From Halodesulfurarchaeum sp. (GTDB taxonomy: Archaea > Halobacteriota > Halobacteria > Halobacteriales > Halobacteriaceae), in assembly GCA_042216015.1 (NCBI GenBank), contig JBDGUI010000014.1, forward strand, positions 9,935 through 73,934: a stretch of 64,000 nucleotides of DNA, read 5' to 3'. How positions within the stretch are numbered: the stretch's first letter is position 1; the number at the start of each line of letters is the position of its first letter. Positions 49,225 to 59,541 of this stretch are shown piece by piece. Made by a program: the position numbers and the translations under genes. Under the pieces are notes generated by a model, which ran no database searches, was not told where the DNA came from, and worked only from the letters and a program-made list of their open reading frames with translations.

Positions 49225-51688
49225 GTTTCGGTAGAATTTCTTGTATGTCCTGGAACCGGGTCCGGGAGCCAGGATATTGAACACCTTCTTGAGTAATATG
49301 TTCGTCACTATCGTCAAAGAATAAAATGTTGTTCTTGCGATAGTATACTGCGAATTTTGCAAAAAACCGGGACATGGAAATTTCATCAGGGGTGTTTGAA
49401 ATAATACCAGTGGCTACTTCTCGGAATGAATCCAATTCGACATTTTTCTGGACGTCGCGAGCTAGTCTGGCCGCTTTCTGTCGCCCGTCGGAGAAGGTAA
49501 GCACCTTCTTTCCTTTATTGGGAAGCTCGGCCTTTCGGGTATCTTCCGGCTGGATCCCGAACATTGACCGAACGATATTCGCGAACGGCTCCTCTCCTTT
49601 CGTTTCCAAATCTTGGATCTTCGTTTCGCCTTTCCACCACCGTTCCTCAATCCCGCATGCTGGGCAGCGAGTCCAACTCCAAGGATAATCCTCTTCAGGC
49701 GGTTCTTCCGTTGGAAGCCATACCTCGATGTGTTCATTGTTGCTTTCCTGAGCTCGTTGATCGTTCACCAGATGGCCAGAAGAGATATCGAGATGGCGCG
49801 ATTTCGTTGTTTCTGAAAGCGGTCTATTTTGTTCGTGTTTGGGATCTTCATCCGACCGTGGTTCCTCGACCAACAGATGGAGTTCGTCAAGATCATTCGT
49901 ATCCTCAGGATCTGTCCAAAGAAACGTCGGTCCATGGTTGTCTTCAGAACGACGATAAGCCTGGAGATACGCTGCACCACAGGTGCGATGACTCAATAAC
50001 TCAAAGACACGGCTACCACACTCAGGACATGTCGTATGTGGGGTTGTATAGATCCTGCCCAAAAGGTCCTCACCTTCCGTTACACGGCGCCCCTCACACA
50101 CTGGATTTACACAGGCATATTGCGCTGGAAGCCCCTTCAAAAACATGTGAAGCCGGGTCGGAAGCAATGCCTGGTTTTCATTACGTTGAGCCTCAGTACA
50201 AAGGTAAAGTAGATTTCCGGTGGCTTCTTGCGCGAGATCGGCGTCAATCCCATCGAAAAGTTGCGCTGCAAGGTCCTCAAGTGGTATCGGTTCTTCTTGT
50301 AGGTGGTCATGCGCTAAACGAAACAGCGGATCTGTTTCGAGTTTATTTGCGAGATATTTTCGCGTCGAATCTGTCTCAGATTTATCAGGTAAAGTCCAAT
50401 CACGCTCTATAGCCAAATTCCGGATTTTCGCATCGTCAATCTCATACTCGATTCTAGAGAGTATTTCTGCAGTTCGCTGATCTGATGGCTCACCAGGTTC
50501 ATAGGTTTTCTGTTCGCCAGTAATTACTGCAAATTCATCCGGGGAACCAATGGTTAGCTGCGCAGCGAAATCTGGCGCAGCGGTTTCGATGTTTTCACCC
50601 ATTGTGGCGCTGGTGAGTATGAATCGGACACGATCCCGGGAAATCTGCAGATTTTGCAATAGCCGACTCATTAGGAGAGCGACTTCCGCACCTTGTGCAC
50701 CGCGATAAAGATGAGCTTCATCGAGGACGATGGTGAGTTCGTTATCTTCGTCTTCTTCGAGCCACTCCCTGGTGTCCTCAAATAGCGGCTGTTCGATCGG
50801 CCGCAATAACATATATTCAAGCATCGAATAGTTGGTGATGAGGATATCCGGCGTTCCACCATAATCATCCTCCCCGGCCGAATGCATTTCCTGCCGAGTG
50901 AACAGTTCCCGGTCTCCCGGCTGAGTTTGGTATTGGTTCGTCTTGAGCGCGTTCCGGTTGCGAAATCCTTCCAAATTTTTGGCAGGAATGCGCCCTTTAT
51001 CCATAAGTTCGTTATATAATTCGGGTTTTTCTCGTTTTAGATGTAAATACCGCTGAATGACTGGTTTGATTCTTTGGTCGTTCTTATCTGTATCAAATTC
51101 GCCGTGGTACGGTGTTCGGCTCGTATACATCCCGAACTGCACTCGCCGGCCCATATAATCCTCAATTGTATCGGCTCCATCTTCGTCACCAAATAGCAAT
51201 CTCATTCGTGACAATTGATCGGCAACCAGTGCGTTCATTGGATATAATATCAGCGTCCGCATTCCCCGCTGATCCTGCGAGATGTTTCGCTCTGCTTCCT
51301 CCGCAAGCTTACCCAGAATAGAATAAAGGAAGATCTCAGTCTTCCCAGACCCAGTTCCAGTAGAGACAATAAGATCCTTTTCGTCGTCGAAAAACGCCTC
51401 TAACGCGTCTGCCTGATGTTTGTAGGGCGGATCGAATATATCGAGCCCATCTTCCTCAAGATCCTTCAGCATATCAACAACATTTGTTGGCAGATTGAGG
51501 TCCCTGAACTTTCTTCCGGAGACATATGACGGAGTGGCTTCAACCCACGGCTCCGTTGAAATTTTACCCTCCTTTAGCAGTTCTCGACGTTCTTTCAATA
51601 GTCGTGGATGGTGTAGGTGATAGCTCGATTCGAGGTATTGTTTCAAATCCGCTTCCAACTGGTCTGAGACCTCTTTGATTGACTGCAT
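49217..51688 (-). pseudogene. Large DEAD/DEAH-box helicase (DruE/DUF1998-type, defence-associated), 3'-truncated by IS630
   Basis: Q motif PYKHQ, GTGSGKT, YPMNALVADQ, TNYSMLEYMLLRP, DEAH, SAT, several CxxC and FSDGRQKAARLA; helicase motif VI is absent and the stop lies inside the IS TIR. Confidence 0.75.
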
Positions 51689-52482
51689 TAGTTTTGAATG
51701 CTGACGGTCGCGTCTTCGATGTTGACTGCCAATTTTCTGAATGCCTGTTCCACTGATTCTTTGTCTGCCGGATCCAGCCGCCAGTGTATCTTATCTTGTT
51801 TTGACTCCTCCCATTGAGCTCCAATCGCATTTAGCCACCTCCCCTGAGGACGAGGTGGTGGGAATTTTGTACTAAGTCTTATCCCACCCTCCATTGGCGT
51901 GAGTTCCACCCGTCGGGTCAGCCCGCTGATATCATCAAGAAGGAGACAGACCTGCCGCCTATATTTGTATGGGATTTTCACCATTTCGGCATTGGTCATA
52001 CTATCTGCGGGATCAAGTTTGAGCCAAAATTCATCGCCACCGAACTCGACTGGGCTTTTCCATAGACTAATTAAGGTCCCGTCTTCGGTCGTCACCTCAA
52101 AGACATCATCGCCCCAATTGAACCCGTAGCCGATATTGCCGAGGTACGCCTCCCAATCGGCACTCGGCTTCCATTCCAGGTTTTCCCGCATTGAAATGAA
52201 TTCCTGGAGATATTCATAGTCGAAATTCCCGACGTTTTCTGCGTCTATGTATGTCTTCTGTGATTGGACGAGAATATCTTTAGCTTCCAGATCTTCCTCA
52301 CTGGTATTGGAGAAAACCCGGGAAATCCCCTTGAATTCGATCTCTAACCCTCTATCAAGGAAATGGCTGCTCGGTCGACCGGAAACAAGTAGTGCCTCAG
52401 ATTCGGTTATCTTGATGGCCCGGGTAGGACCAGGGGCATAATACCCGTTGCTGAGTTTCATCAAATCTCCCAAGAAAGTCAT
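51688..52482 (-). CDS. Hypothetical protein coupled to the helicase (possible Druantia-type accessory subunit), probably 5'-truncated
   Basis: 1-nt stop/start overlap with the helicase; frame is open up to the IS edge at 52500; AT-rich like the helicase. Confidence 0.55.
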   Translation of the reverse strand: MTFLGDLMKLSNGYYAPGPTRAIKITESEALLVSGRPSSHFLDRGLEIEFKGISRVFSNTSEEDLEAKDILVQSQKTYIDAENVGNFDYEYLQEFISMRENLEWKPSADWEAYLGNIGYGFNWGDDVFEVTTEDGTLISLWKSPVEFGGDEFWLKLDPADSMTNAEMVKIPYKYRRQVCLLLDDISGLTRRVELTPMEGGIRLSTKFPPPRPQGRWLNAIGAQWEESKQDKIHWRLDPADKESVEQAFRKLAVNIEDATVSIQN

Positions 52483-52499
52483 AGTAGGGCCTGTTCTGC

Positions 52500-53557
52500 T
52501 ATAGTAACCGTTAGAAATAATTGCTCACTTTGGGAAGATTCAGCTGGTCTAGGCTCTTATCAATCATCACCCTCAACTCTTCAATAGAATCGAAGTACCG
52601 ATTGCCCAACGCCGATTCTAACTGTCTCCAGCACTCTTCGACAGGATTTAGGTCTGGACGATAGGCTGGCAATCGCACGAATTCGATGCCGTCACGATCG
52701 GCGAGATCTGTCACGGTTGACGCGCGAAAATACGATGCTCCGTCGAGAACAACGAGCAAATCATCTTCGAATTCTTTGTATAACGCTAAAATGAAATGTT
52801 TGGCGTGATCAGCTGTCACGTACTCGGGAAACCGCGAGAAAAACGATCGACCGTCGTCGGTGACGGCTCCAAGCAGACACGTCCAATCCCGAAGTCCCGA
52901 TAACTCCACGCTAGGTCGTGAATTTCGTTCGAACCAGGCCTGTGTCTGATCGCCATTGACAGATGTTTTCGTCTGATCGATGCAGACTACTGTGGCGTCC
53001 ATCTCCCTGCGCTTTTTTTGAGGGTTTCGTCGAACTCCTCCCGATCTTCGGGATCAGCTTTCGCGTTTTCAGGACGCGGTTTTTGGTAGCTGAGGCCCGC
53101 CTCTTTCAACAACCGACGACAGCTCGGGATCGAGTAGTCGGTGTCGTATGTTTCTTTGAGGTGGTGACGAACGAGCTTTGTCGTCCAGGCCGGTTCGTCG
53201 TAGCCTGCTTCCTCCGGTGGATTTCGGACCGTTTGCCGAAAATCTTTGAGTTCTTTGTCCGATAGTTTGCGATTCCTCCCAGATCTATGATCATCGGAAA
53301 CGGCTTCGGCTAACGGTTCATCAGTGTCAAATCGCATCAGCCAGCTGTAGATCGTTCGCCGGCCCGTACCGTACCACTCGGCGAGTTCGGTCTGCGTTAC
53401 TCCGTTTTTGTACGCAATCGCTGCTAAGAGGCGCTGAGTCGGCTTTTTCCCCTCGACTGAGTCGAGAGCGTCATGGAGTGCGTCGAGGGATATCTCTTTT
53501 AGGTGGTCCATATAATACAATACTCAATACGGGCAGATAATTCTGACGGTTACTATA
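52500..53557 (-). mobile_element. IS630-family insertion sequence (element 2)
   Basis: HTH ORF 52987-53511 and DDE ORF 52511-53002 (IDQT / LDGASY / NPVEECW), -1 slippery AAAAAAG; 25-bp TIRs at 52500-52524 and 53533-53557 (21/25) with terminal TA. Confidence 0.92.
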
Positions 53558-55025
53558 CATCTGGACGTTCAACTCCTTCATTCCGGCGGCGAGTCCGATC
53601 CTGGCGACGGTCATTTCGATCGTCGTCCTGACGCTGCAGAACGTGGTGTTCGCGACGCTGATCGCGGCGATGCCACGGGTCGGCGGCGATTACGTGTGGC
53701 AGAGTCGACTGTTGGGTGGGTTCTGGGGCCTGTTCCTCTCCTGGCCCGGCTGGATCTTCTCCCTCTGGCTGTGGGTCCCGATCTACGGGTCGATCCTCTC
53801 CTGGCTCGTGTTCGGACCGGTCTCGGCCCTCTTCGGGTACCCGGCGATGGCGGCGTTCTGGAACTCCGGAATGGGCCTGTTCGTCTCCTCGCTGGTCGTG
53901 GTCGCGTTCGTGTTCATCTACGTCAGTCTGGGCATGAAGTGGTACGCCCGGATCCAGCAGGCCCTCTTCTACGTCGGCGTGGCGGGCATGTTGCTTTTCC
54001 TCTTCGGCCTGTTGACGACGACCCCCTCGCAGTTCCAGGCTGCCTTCGACGCTCACATGGCCCAGTGGGGCGTCGACACGACCTACCAAGGGATCCTGAG
54101 CGGCGTCGAGGTCAGCTTCGCACCGATGTTCAACCTCGATTTGGGTCCGGCCTACCGGCTCTTCCCGATGCTCCTGTTCTGGATCATGTGGACGGTCTGG
54201 GGGGCCACCCTGTTCGGCGAGGTCCGTGAGGCCGGGGAGTTCAAGAAGATGTTCGGCGTCCTCGAGGCGGCACTCATCGCCGCGGGCGTGTTCGCGATGA
54301 TCCTCTGGCCGCCTTTCGACAGCGCGATCGGCTACGAGTTCTACCAGTCGCTGAACTACCTGCACTTCGTCGGGTCCGGCGAGCTGCAGTGGCTCTCGGC
54401 GCCGACGACGATCGCGGCCATCGCCATGGGTGGGGGCGTCCTGGCGAAGCTCATGGCCGTCTTGATGGCCGGGTGGTTCTTCGCCTGGTCCGGGACGGTC
54501 TTCCTCTCCTCGACCCGGGTCATCTTCGCGACGTCCTTCGACCGGGCGATCCCCGAAATCTTCGCGACGGTGAAGGGCAAGTACAACGCGCCCTTCTACG
54601 CCATCCTGCTGATGGCGATCCCGTCGCTGATCCTCACCGTGATTTACTTCTTCGTCCCGGGGTTCCAGACCCTGACCCTCGATGCGACCTTCCTCATCGC
54701 GATCACGTACTTCGGGACGACGATCGCCGCGCTCCTCCTGCCCTACCGGCGCCCCGACCTGTTCTCGAACACCTGGATCTCCAGGTACGAGATCGCCGGG
54801 GTGCCCATCGTGACGATCGTCGGAGCCGTCTACGCGGTCCTCCTGCTCTCGGTGTTCTACCTGTGGGCGGTCAAGGACGTCTACGGGATCAACAACGTTC
54901 GGTCGGCCGGCTTCATGGTCTTCCTGTACGCCCTGGCGGCCGCGATCTACTTCGTCATGAAGTGGTACCGGAAAAAGCAGGGCGTCGACCTGGACAAGAT
55001 CCACTCGGATATCCCGACTGACTGA
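53556..55025 (+). pseudogene. APC family permease, 5'-truncated at the IS630 edge
   Basis: AMPRVGGDYVWQSR, GEVR, SSTRVIFATSFDRAIP; reading frame (YIWTFNSFIP...) starts exactly at the IS TA with no start codon. Confidence 0.75.
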
Positions 55026-55051
55026 CCAAACCGGCCGTTTTTCGCTTCGTT

Positions 55052-55801
55052 TTACTCCAGTTCCGGACGGCGGTACCAGCGTTTCCGTTCGCCCAGAAGC
55101 GAGCGGAGCTTCCATCGGAGTGTCTTCGGGACCTCGTCGATCGCTGTTTCGAGAGTCGCCAGCCGGTCCTCGACGGCGTCCTGGTCGATCGGCAGGGACT
55201 CCTCGCGGAGGTACTCCCGTACCTTCTCGATGTTGATCGAGAGGGTCTTCCACAGCCCCCAGTCGTTCCGACAGAGGTCAGCCACGTAGCTCGGATCGAT
55301 GGCATCGGTCCCGGCGTCCTCACGCACCGGGTACTCCGCGAGGATCGCGAGACTGTCCCGGATGTCACGGTCGCTTACCTCCGCGATCTGGAGCTTCGAG
55401 AGCAGGAGGTCCTCGATCGGGACCGTCCGGTCGTGGACGGCGAGTCGATCGGCCAGGCTCCAGGCATGGGAGAAGCGAAAGCGATCGAGGATGAAGTCCG
55501 CTTTCCGGTCGTGTTCGGGATCCAGGTACTCGAGGCGGTGGGGCCGCATCGTGTTGAACCGCTCGTTGGGTTCATACCCCAAGTCCGCCATCAGCGACTC
55601 GATGTCCGACTCCTCGGAGCGGTGGCCGACGAAGTCGACGTCACGGTAGGAGCGGGCAAAGGGCTCCTCGCGGGCGGTCTCCGAGCGGTCGTAGATCGCC
55701 GTGCCGCCGATCTTCCGCACGGTGAGGTCCCGCTCGGTCGCGGCGTCGACGACACGGTCGCCCTCCGCGACCGGATCCTCGAGTGGCGTGTCAGCCGTCA
55801 T
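55052..55801 (-). CDS. Uncharacterised nucleotidyltransferase-like protein
   Basis: IGGTAI...RSYRDVDFVG (Pol-beta-like GG/DxD), DLLLSKLQI, DWGLWKT. Confidence 0.6.
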   Translation of the reverse strand: MTADTPLEDPVAEGDRVVDAATERDLTVRKIGGTAIYDRSETAREEPFARSYRDVDFVGHRSEESDIESLMADLGYEPNERFNTMRPHRLEYLDPEHDRKADFILDRFRFSHAWSLADRLAVHDRTVPIEDLLLSKLQIAEVSDRDIRDSLAILAEYPVREDAGTDAIDPSYVADLCRNDWGLWKTLSINIEKVREYLREESLPIDQDAVEDRLATLETAIDEVPKTLRWKLRSLLGERKRWYRRPELE

Positions 55802-55861
55802 GGGTGGTCCCCCGATCGGTCGCCTGTCATGTGAATTGATAGCACGTGCATTCACCTAAAG

Positions 55862-56818
55862 TTATCCACGGACCAGGCCGACGACGTCGACCTCGAGGCG
55901 GAGGTCGATGATCGCGCCCTGGAGTGAGCCCTCGGAGTAGACGCTCCCCGGGTTCACCGCGATCGTGTCCCCGATGGTGGACTGGCCCCGGGACTCGTGG
56001 ATGTGACCGTGGAGGCTGAGTGGCGGCTGGTGGGTCTCGATCGCCTCCCGGACCGCTTTGCTCCCGACCGGTTCGGTCGACTGGGCCCCGAACTTGGGTT
56101 TGAGGTTCTCGTCGAGTTCCGGGGCCTCGTCGAGCTGGGAGTCATAGGGCGGGGCGTGGAAGTTGAAGATCGCCCGATCCGTGTCCTCGACGTCGGCGAT
56201 GACGTTTTCGAGCCGTTCGGCCAGTTCCGCCTCGGACTCCACCCGGTCCGTGTCCCACGGCGTCGGGTTCGTCCACCCGGTACTGGCCATCTCGTAGCCC
56301 TGGCCGACCTCGACGACCTCGCCCTCGACGAGGTCGATCCGGTCTGACTCCTCCCAGACCTGATCGACGACGAAGGGGTCGTCGTTGCCCGGGGAGACGA
56401 AGAGTGGCACGCCGTCGGGCAGCCGCTCTTCGGCCATCCCGCGCCACTTCTCGGCGCGTTCGAGCATCTTCTCCTCGAAGATCTCGTTCTGACGCTCCTC
56501 AGAGTCAGGCGCCTCCTCCAAGCGTTCGTATTCGGCCTCCGTGAGGACGTAGGGGTAGTAGCCGGCGTCCTCCATCGAGGCTTTCGCCTCTTCGAGTTCG
56601 GACTCCTCGACGTGCTGTTCCTGGCCGCCGCGGTTGAAGCGATAGGAGCCGTTCTCCTTGATGATCGGCATGATCGCCTTGCCGGTGGTGTCCCTGCCCA
56701 GTATCAGGACGTCGGCGCTGTAGAACTCCGCGCTGTTGAGGAACTTCCGCCAGCAGACCGTCGAGCCGTGGACGTCCGTGGCGAAGAAGAGCCTGGTCAC
56801 CCCCTCGTCTTTCTCCAT
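55862..56818 (-). CDS. Calcineurin-like metallophosphoesterase (Icc-related), possibly pseudogenised
   Basis: DVHG, G(R)D, GNDD, HAPP and GHIHE motifs; an upstream in-frame ATG (56884) is separated by a TAG. Confidence 0.8.
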   Translation of the reverse strand: MEKDEGVTRLFFATDVHGSTVCWRKFLNSAEFYSADVLILGRDTTGKAIMPIIKENGSYRFNRGGQEQHVEESELEEAKASMEDAGYYPYVLTEAEYERLEEAPDSEERQNEIFEEKMLERAEKWRGMAEERLPDGVPLFVSPGNDDPFVVDQVWEESDRIDLVEGEVVEVGQGYEMASTGWTNPTPWDTDRVESEAELAERLENVIADVEDTDRAIFNFHAPPYDSQLDEAPELDENLKPKFGAQSTEPVGSKAVREAIETHQPPLSLHGHIHESRGQSTIGDTIAVNPGSVYSEGSLQGAIIDLRLEVDVVGLVRG

Positions 56819-56965
56819 GCCGCCCTGGCCGCTGTCCTTTTGCTCCTAGTTCAGCCAGTCCGTGAGGTCATCGAGCAAGCCCATCGGTATCACGCCTCAC
56901 TGTCCCATGCGACCCGACGGTTATTAAGTCCTCCCTCGGAGCGATCCGGATCGGCGTCGAGGACG

Positions 56966-58297
56966 TCACTCACAGAGCGCCGCCTCGACGACCTCGAGTG
57001 GATGGCGCACTTCGTACTCGGTCCCGTGAGCCATCTGGGAGGCACAGGTCGGACACTCCGTCAGCCCGGTCTCCCCGGCCACCCGCTCCATGTGCTCGAA
57101 CATGTCCGCGCCGATCGCCATCGAGGTCTCGTAGTGTTCGTCCTTCCACCCGTACGTGCCCGAGATCCCGGAGCAGGAGTCACCGACGTCGGCCGGCGAG
57201 GCCCCTGAGAGGTCGGCGAATAACTCAAGTGGCTGCCCGTCCAGTCCCTGGTTCCGGGCGTGACACGGGGCGTGGTACGCCAGATCGCCGAATTCGTCCT
57301 CGTCAACGTCCCCGGCCGCCAGTTCCTCGGCGACGTCGGTGTTCGCCCTGAGGAACTCCATGGCCTCCCAGGTGTGCTCGGCCACCGTATCGATCCCGTC
57401 CAGGTCGAACAGTTCCGGATACTCCTTCCGGAGGGCCATCGAGCAGGAGGTGCAACTCGTGATGACCGCACACCCCTCCGCGATGGCCTCGCCCAGGGAG
57501 TCGACGTTGACTTTCGCGTGCCGACGGGCGTCCCCGAGCATCCCGTTGGCGAACATCGGCGTGCCGGAGCACCGCTGCTCGGGGACGAGGACCTCGTACC
57601 CGAAGTGCTCGAACACCCGGACCGTCGCCCGCGCGACCTCGGGAGTGTTGTAGTTGGCATAGCAGCCGTGGAAGTACGCGATCCGGCGATCCGCGTCCGG
57701 GGCCAGTCCCAGCCGTTCCCGGCCCTCGCGGGCCCGGATTCGGGAGGCCTCGTGCCCGCCGCGCTCGGCCCACCACTCCCGGAAGGTTTCGGTCGCGAAG
57801 GCGGGGAACTCCCGCTCGGCCGTGACGCCCAGCGTCCGCTCCATGAGCCACCTGACCGGACCGAACTGCATGACGGCGTTGGCCAGTCGGGGGAGCCTGC
57901 TCGCCAGTCGGGCCGCGGTCCGGTAGTTCGCGAGCAGTCGATTGCGCCAGTAGGTTCGGCTCAGCGTCGAACGGTCGCTCCGGACGTGCTCCGCCCGGGC
58001 CCGGTTGTGCATCTCCGAGAGCGGGACGTCGGAGGGACAGGCCGTGTCACACCGCATGCAGTTCGAGCAGTCCTCGATCGAGGGGTCGATCGTCGGTGCG
58101 TCCGCTCTGGAGAGCCGCCACTGCTCGGGCCCCTGAAACTTCGGCCCGGGGAAGGCGTCATCGACGGCCGCGACCGGGCAGTTCGTGTCGCAGGTCGAGC
58201 AGGCATAGCAGTCGTCGCTGCCCGGCCGGAGGTCGACCCACTCCCCCGACGCGTCGAGCGGATCGGCACCCGTCTCCGGCGGGCCGGAGTCGCTCAT
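56966..58297 (-). CDS. glpC: Anaerobic glycerol-3-phosphate dehydrogenase subunit C
   Basis: Two 4Fe-4S motifs (CYACSTCDTNCP, CSNCMRCDTACP), FPGPKFQGP, CCG-like domains. Confidence 0.92.
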   Translation of the reverse strand: MSDSGPPETGADPLDASGEWVDLRPGSDDCYACSTCDTNCPVAAVDDAFPGPKFQGPEQWRLSRADAPTIDPSIEDCSNCMRCDTACPSDVPLSEMHNRARAEHVRSDRSTLSRTYWRNRLLANYRTAARLASRLPRLANAVMQFGPVRWLMERTLGVTAEREFPAFATETFREWWAERGGHEASRIRAREGRERLGLAPDADRRIAYFHGCYANYNTPEVARATVRVFEHFGYEVLVPEQRCSGTPMFANGMLGDARRHAKVNVDSLGEAIAEGCAVITSCTSCSMALRKEYPELFDLDGIDTVAEHTWEAMEFLRANTDVAEELAAGDVDEDEFGDLAYHAPCHARNQGLDGQPLELFADLSGASPADVGDSCSGISGTYGWKDEHYETSMAIGADMFEHMERVAGETGLTECPTCASQMAHGTEYEVRHPLEVVEAALCE

Positions 58298-59541
58298 GAC
58301 GCCGCCTCCCCCGCCAGGCGTCCGGCGAGCTCACCCGTCGCGAGGCTGATTCCCGATCCCGAGCACGCGGCGGCGGGATCGAAACCGCCGAGGACGCACC
58401 CGGCGGCCCGGAGGTTCTCGAACTCGGGCGCTCCTCCCGCGGACTGCGGCCGGAGCTGGTCGTCGATACGGACGCCGAACCGCGCGTAGGGGTGGTCGCC
58501 GTGACGATCCGACACCGACCAGTCCGATCGGTCCTCGGGCGCCGGGACGTGACAGTCGAACACCGGCTCCCGGACCGCCTCGCGGTCGGCGTCCAGCCCG
58601 GTGCCAACGAGCCCGCCGGTCGCGAGCACGTAGGAGTCCGCGGACAGGGGGATTCGCTGCCCGTCCCGATCCAGCGTGACCGACCTGATCCGGTCGCCGG
58701 CCGCATCGACATCGACGACCTCGTTCCGCACGACCTCGACGCCCGCCGCCCGCAGCGCGGCCTCGTAGCGGCTCTCGAGGCGGATCCCGGGCAGGCTTGG
58801 CGGGCCGGTCGGAACCTCGAAGACGGCCGCCTCGAGGGCCGTCACGAGAGATTCCCGCAGCTCGCGGTGCTCGTCGGTCCCGAGCACGGCGGGGAGCCCG
58901 ATCCGCGGGGCGCCCTCGTGGACGGCCGCGATCCGGTCGATCACGGCGTCCCTGACGTTCGCTTCGTCCACCTCGAGGGCCCGCGCGTACCTGGTGGTGG
59001 CCGCGTCGGCCTCGAAGTCGAGCGGGAAGGTGATCGTCACGCCACGCGTTTCGAAGGGGACGCCAGCCGCGGAGAGGTGGGCGGCTGCGGCCGGCGCGTC
59101 GAAATCGGTCAACCCCTCGAAGCCGACGAGGAGCATGGGCCGCTCGTCGCTCGCGAGGCCGGCGGCGACACCGTGGGGGTACCTGGCGGTGGGTTTGACC
59201 GTCCCGCCGTGGGTCGGGACGAGCGCGTTGCGGTCGGTGTGAGCGCCGCAGTACGTGTCCCCCGTCACCCGGTCGAATCGCTGGAGGCCGTCTCGGACGG
59301 CGGACTCGCCGAGGATCGAGTAGGGGTGGTCGGGCTGCAGCGAGTCGATGGCCTCGAAGGGGTCCGACACGAGGTCGCCGTCCGCGTAGCCGAGGACGTC
59401 CACCAGTCCGGTCGCCTGGCGGAGCGTGCTCTGCTTCTTGCTCGCGAGCCGGACGTCGGCCCCGGCGTCGGCCGCGGCGAGCGCTGCGGTCATGCCCGCG
59501 AGCCCGCCACCGACGACGAGGACGTCGTCCTCAATCGCCAC
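58294..59541 (-). CDS. glpB: Anaerobic glycerol-3-phosphate dehydrogenase subunit B
   Basis: [39 protein letters not shown]. Confidence 0.92.
   Translation of the reverse strand: MAIEDDVLVVGGGLAGMTAALAAADAGADVRLASKKQSTLRQATGLVDVLGYADGDLVSDPFEAIDSLQPDHPYSILGESAVRDGLQRFDRVTGDTYCGAHTDRNALVPTHGGTVKPTARYPHGVAAGLASDERPMLLVGFEGLTDFDAPAAAAHLSAAGVPFETRGVTITFPLDFEADAATTRYARALEVDEANVRDAVIDRIAAVHEGAPRIGLPAVLGTDEHRELRESLVTALEAAVFEVPTGPPSLPGIRLESRYEAALRAAGVEVVRNEVVDVDAAGDRIRSVTLDRDGQRIPLSADSYVLATGGLVGTGLDADREAVREPVFDCHVPAPEDRSDWSVSDRHGDHPYARFGVRIDDQLRPQSAGGAPEFENLRAAGCVLGGFDPAAACSGSGISLATGELAGRLAGEAAS

Noticed and set aside
48034..53557. Intact provirus or integrative element, or a true composite transposon
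   Set aside because: No integrase, virion genes or duplicated tRNA 3' end were found; the two IS630 elements have different sequences and TIRs
56846..56848. Pyrrolysine read-through of the in-frame TAG
   Set aside because: No pyl genes in the window, and neighbouring genes also show decay; a nonsense mutation is simpler
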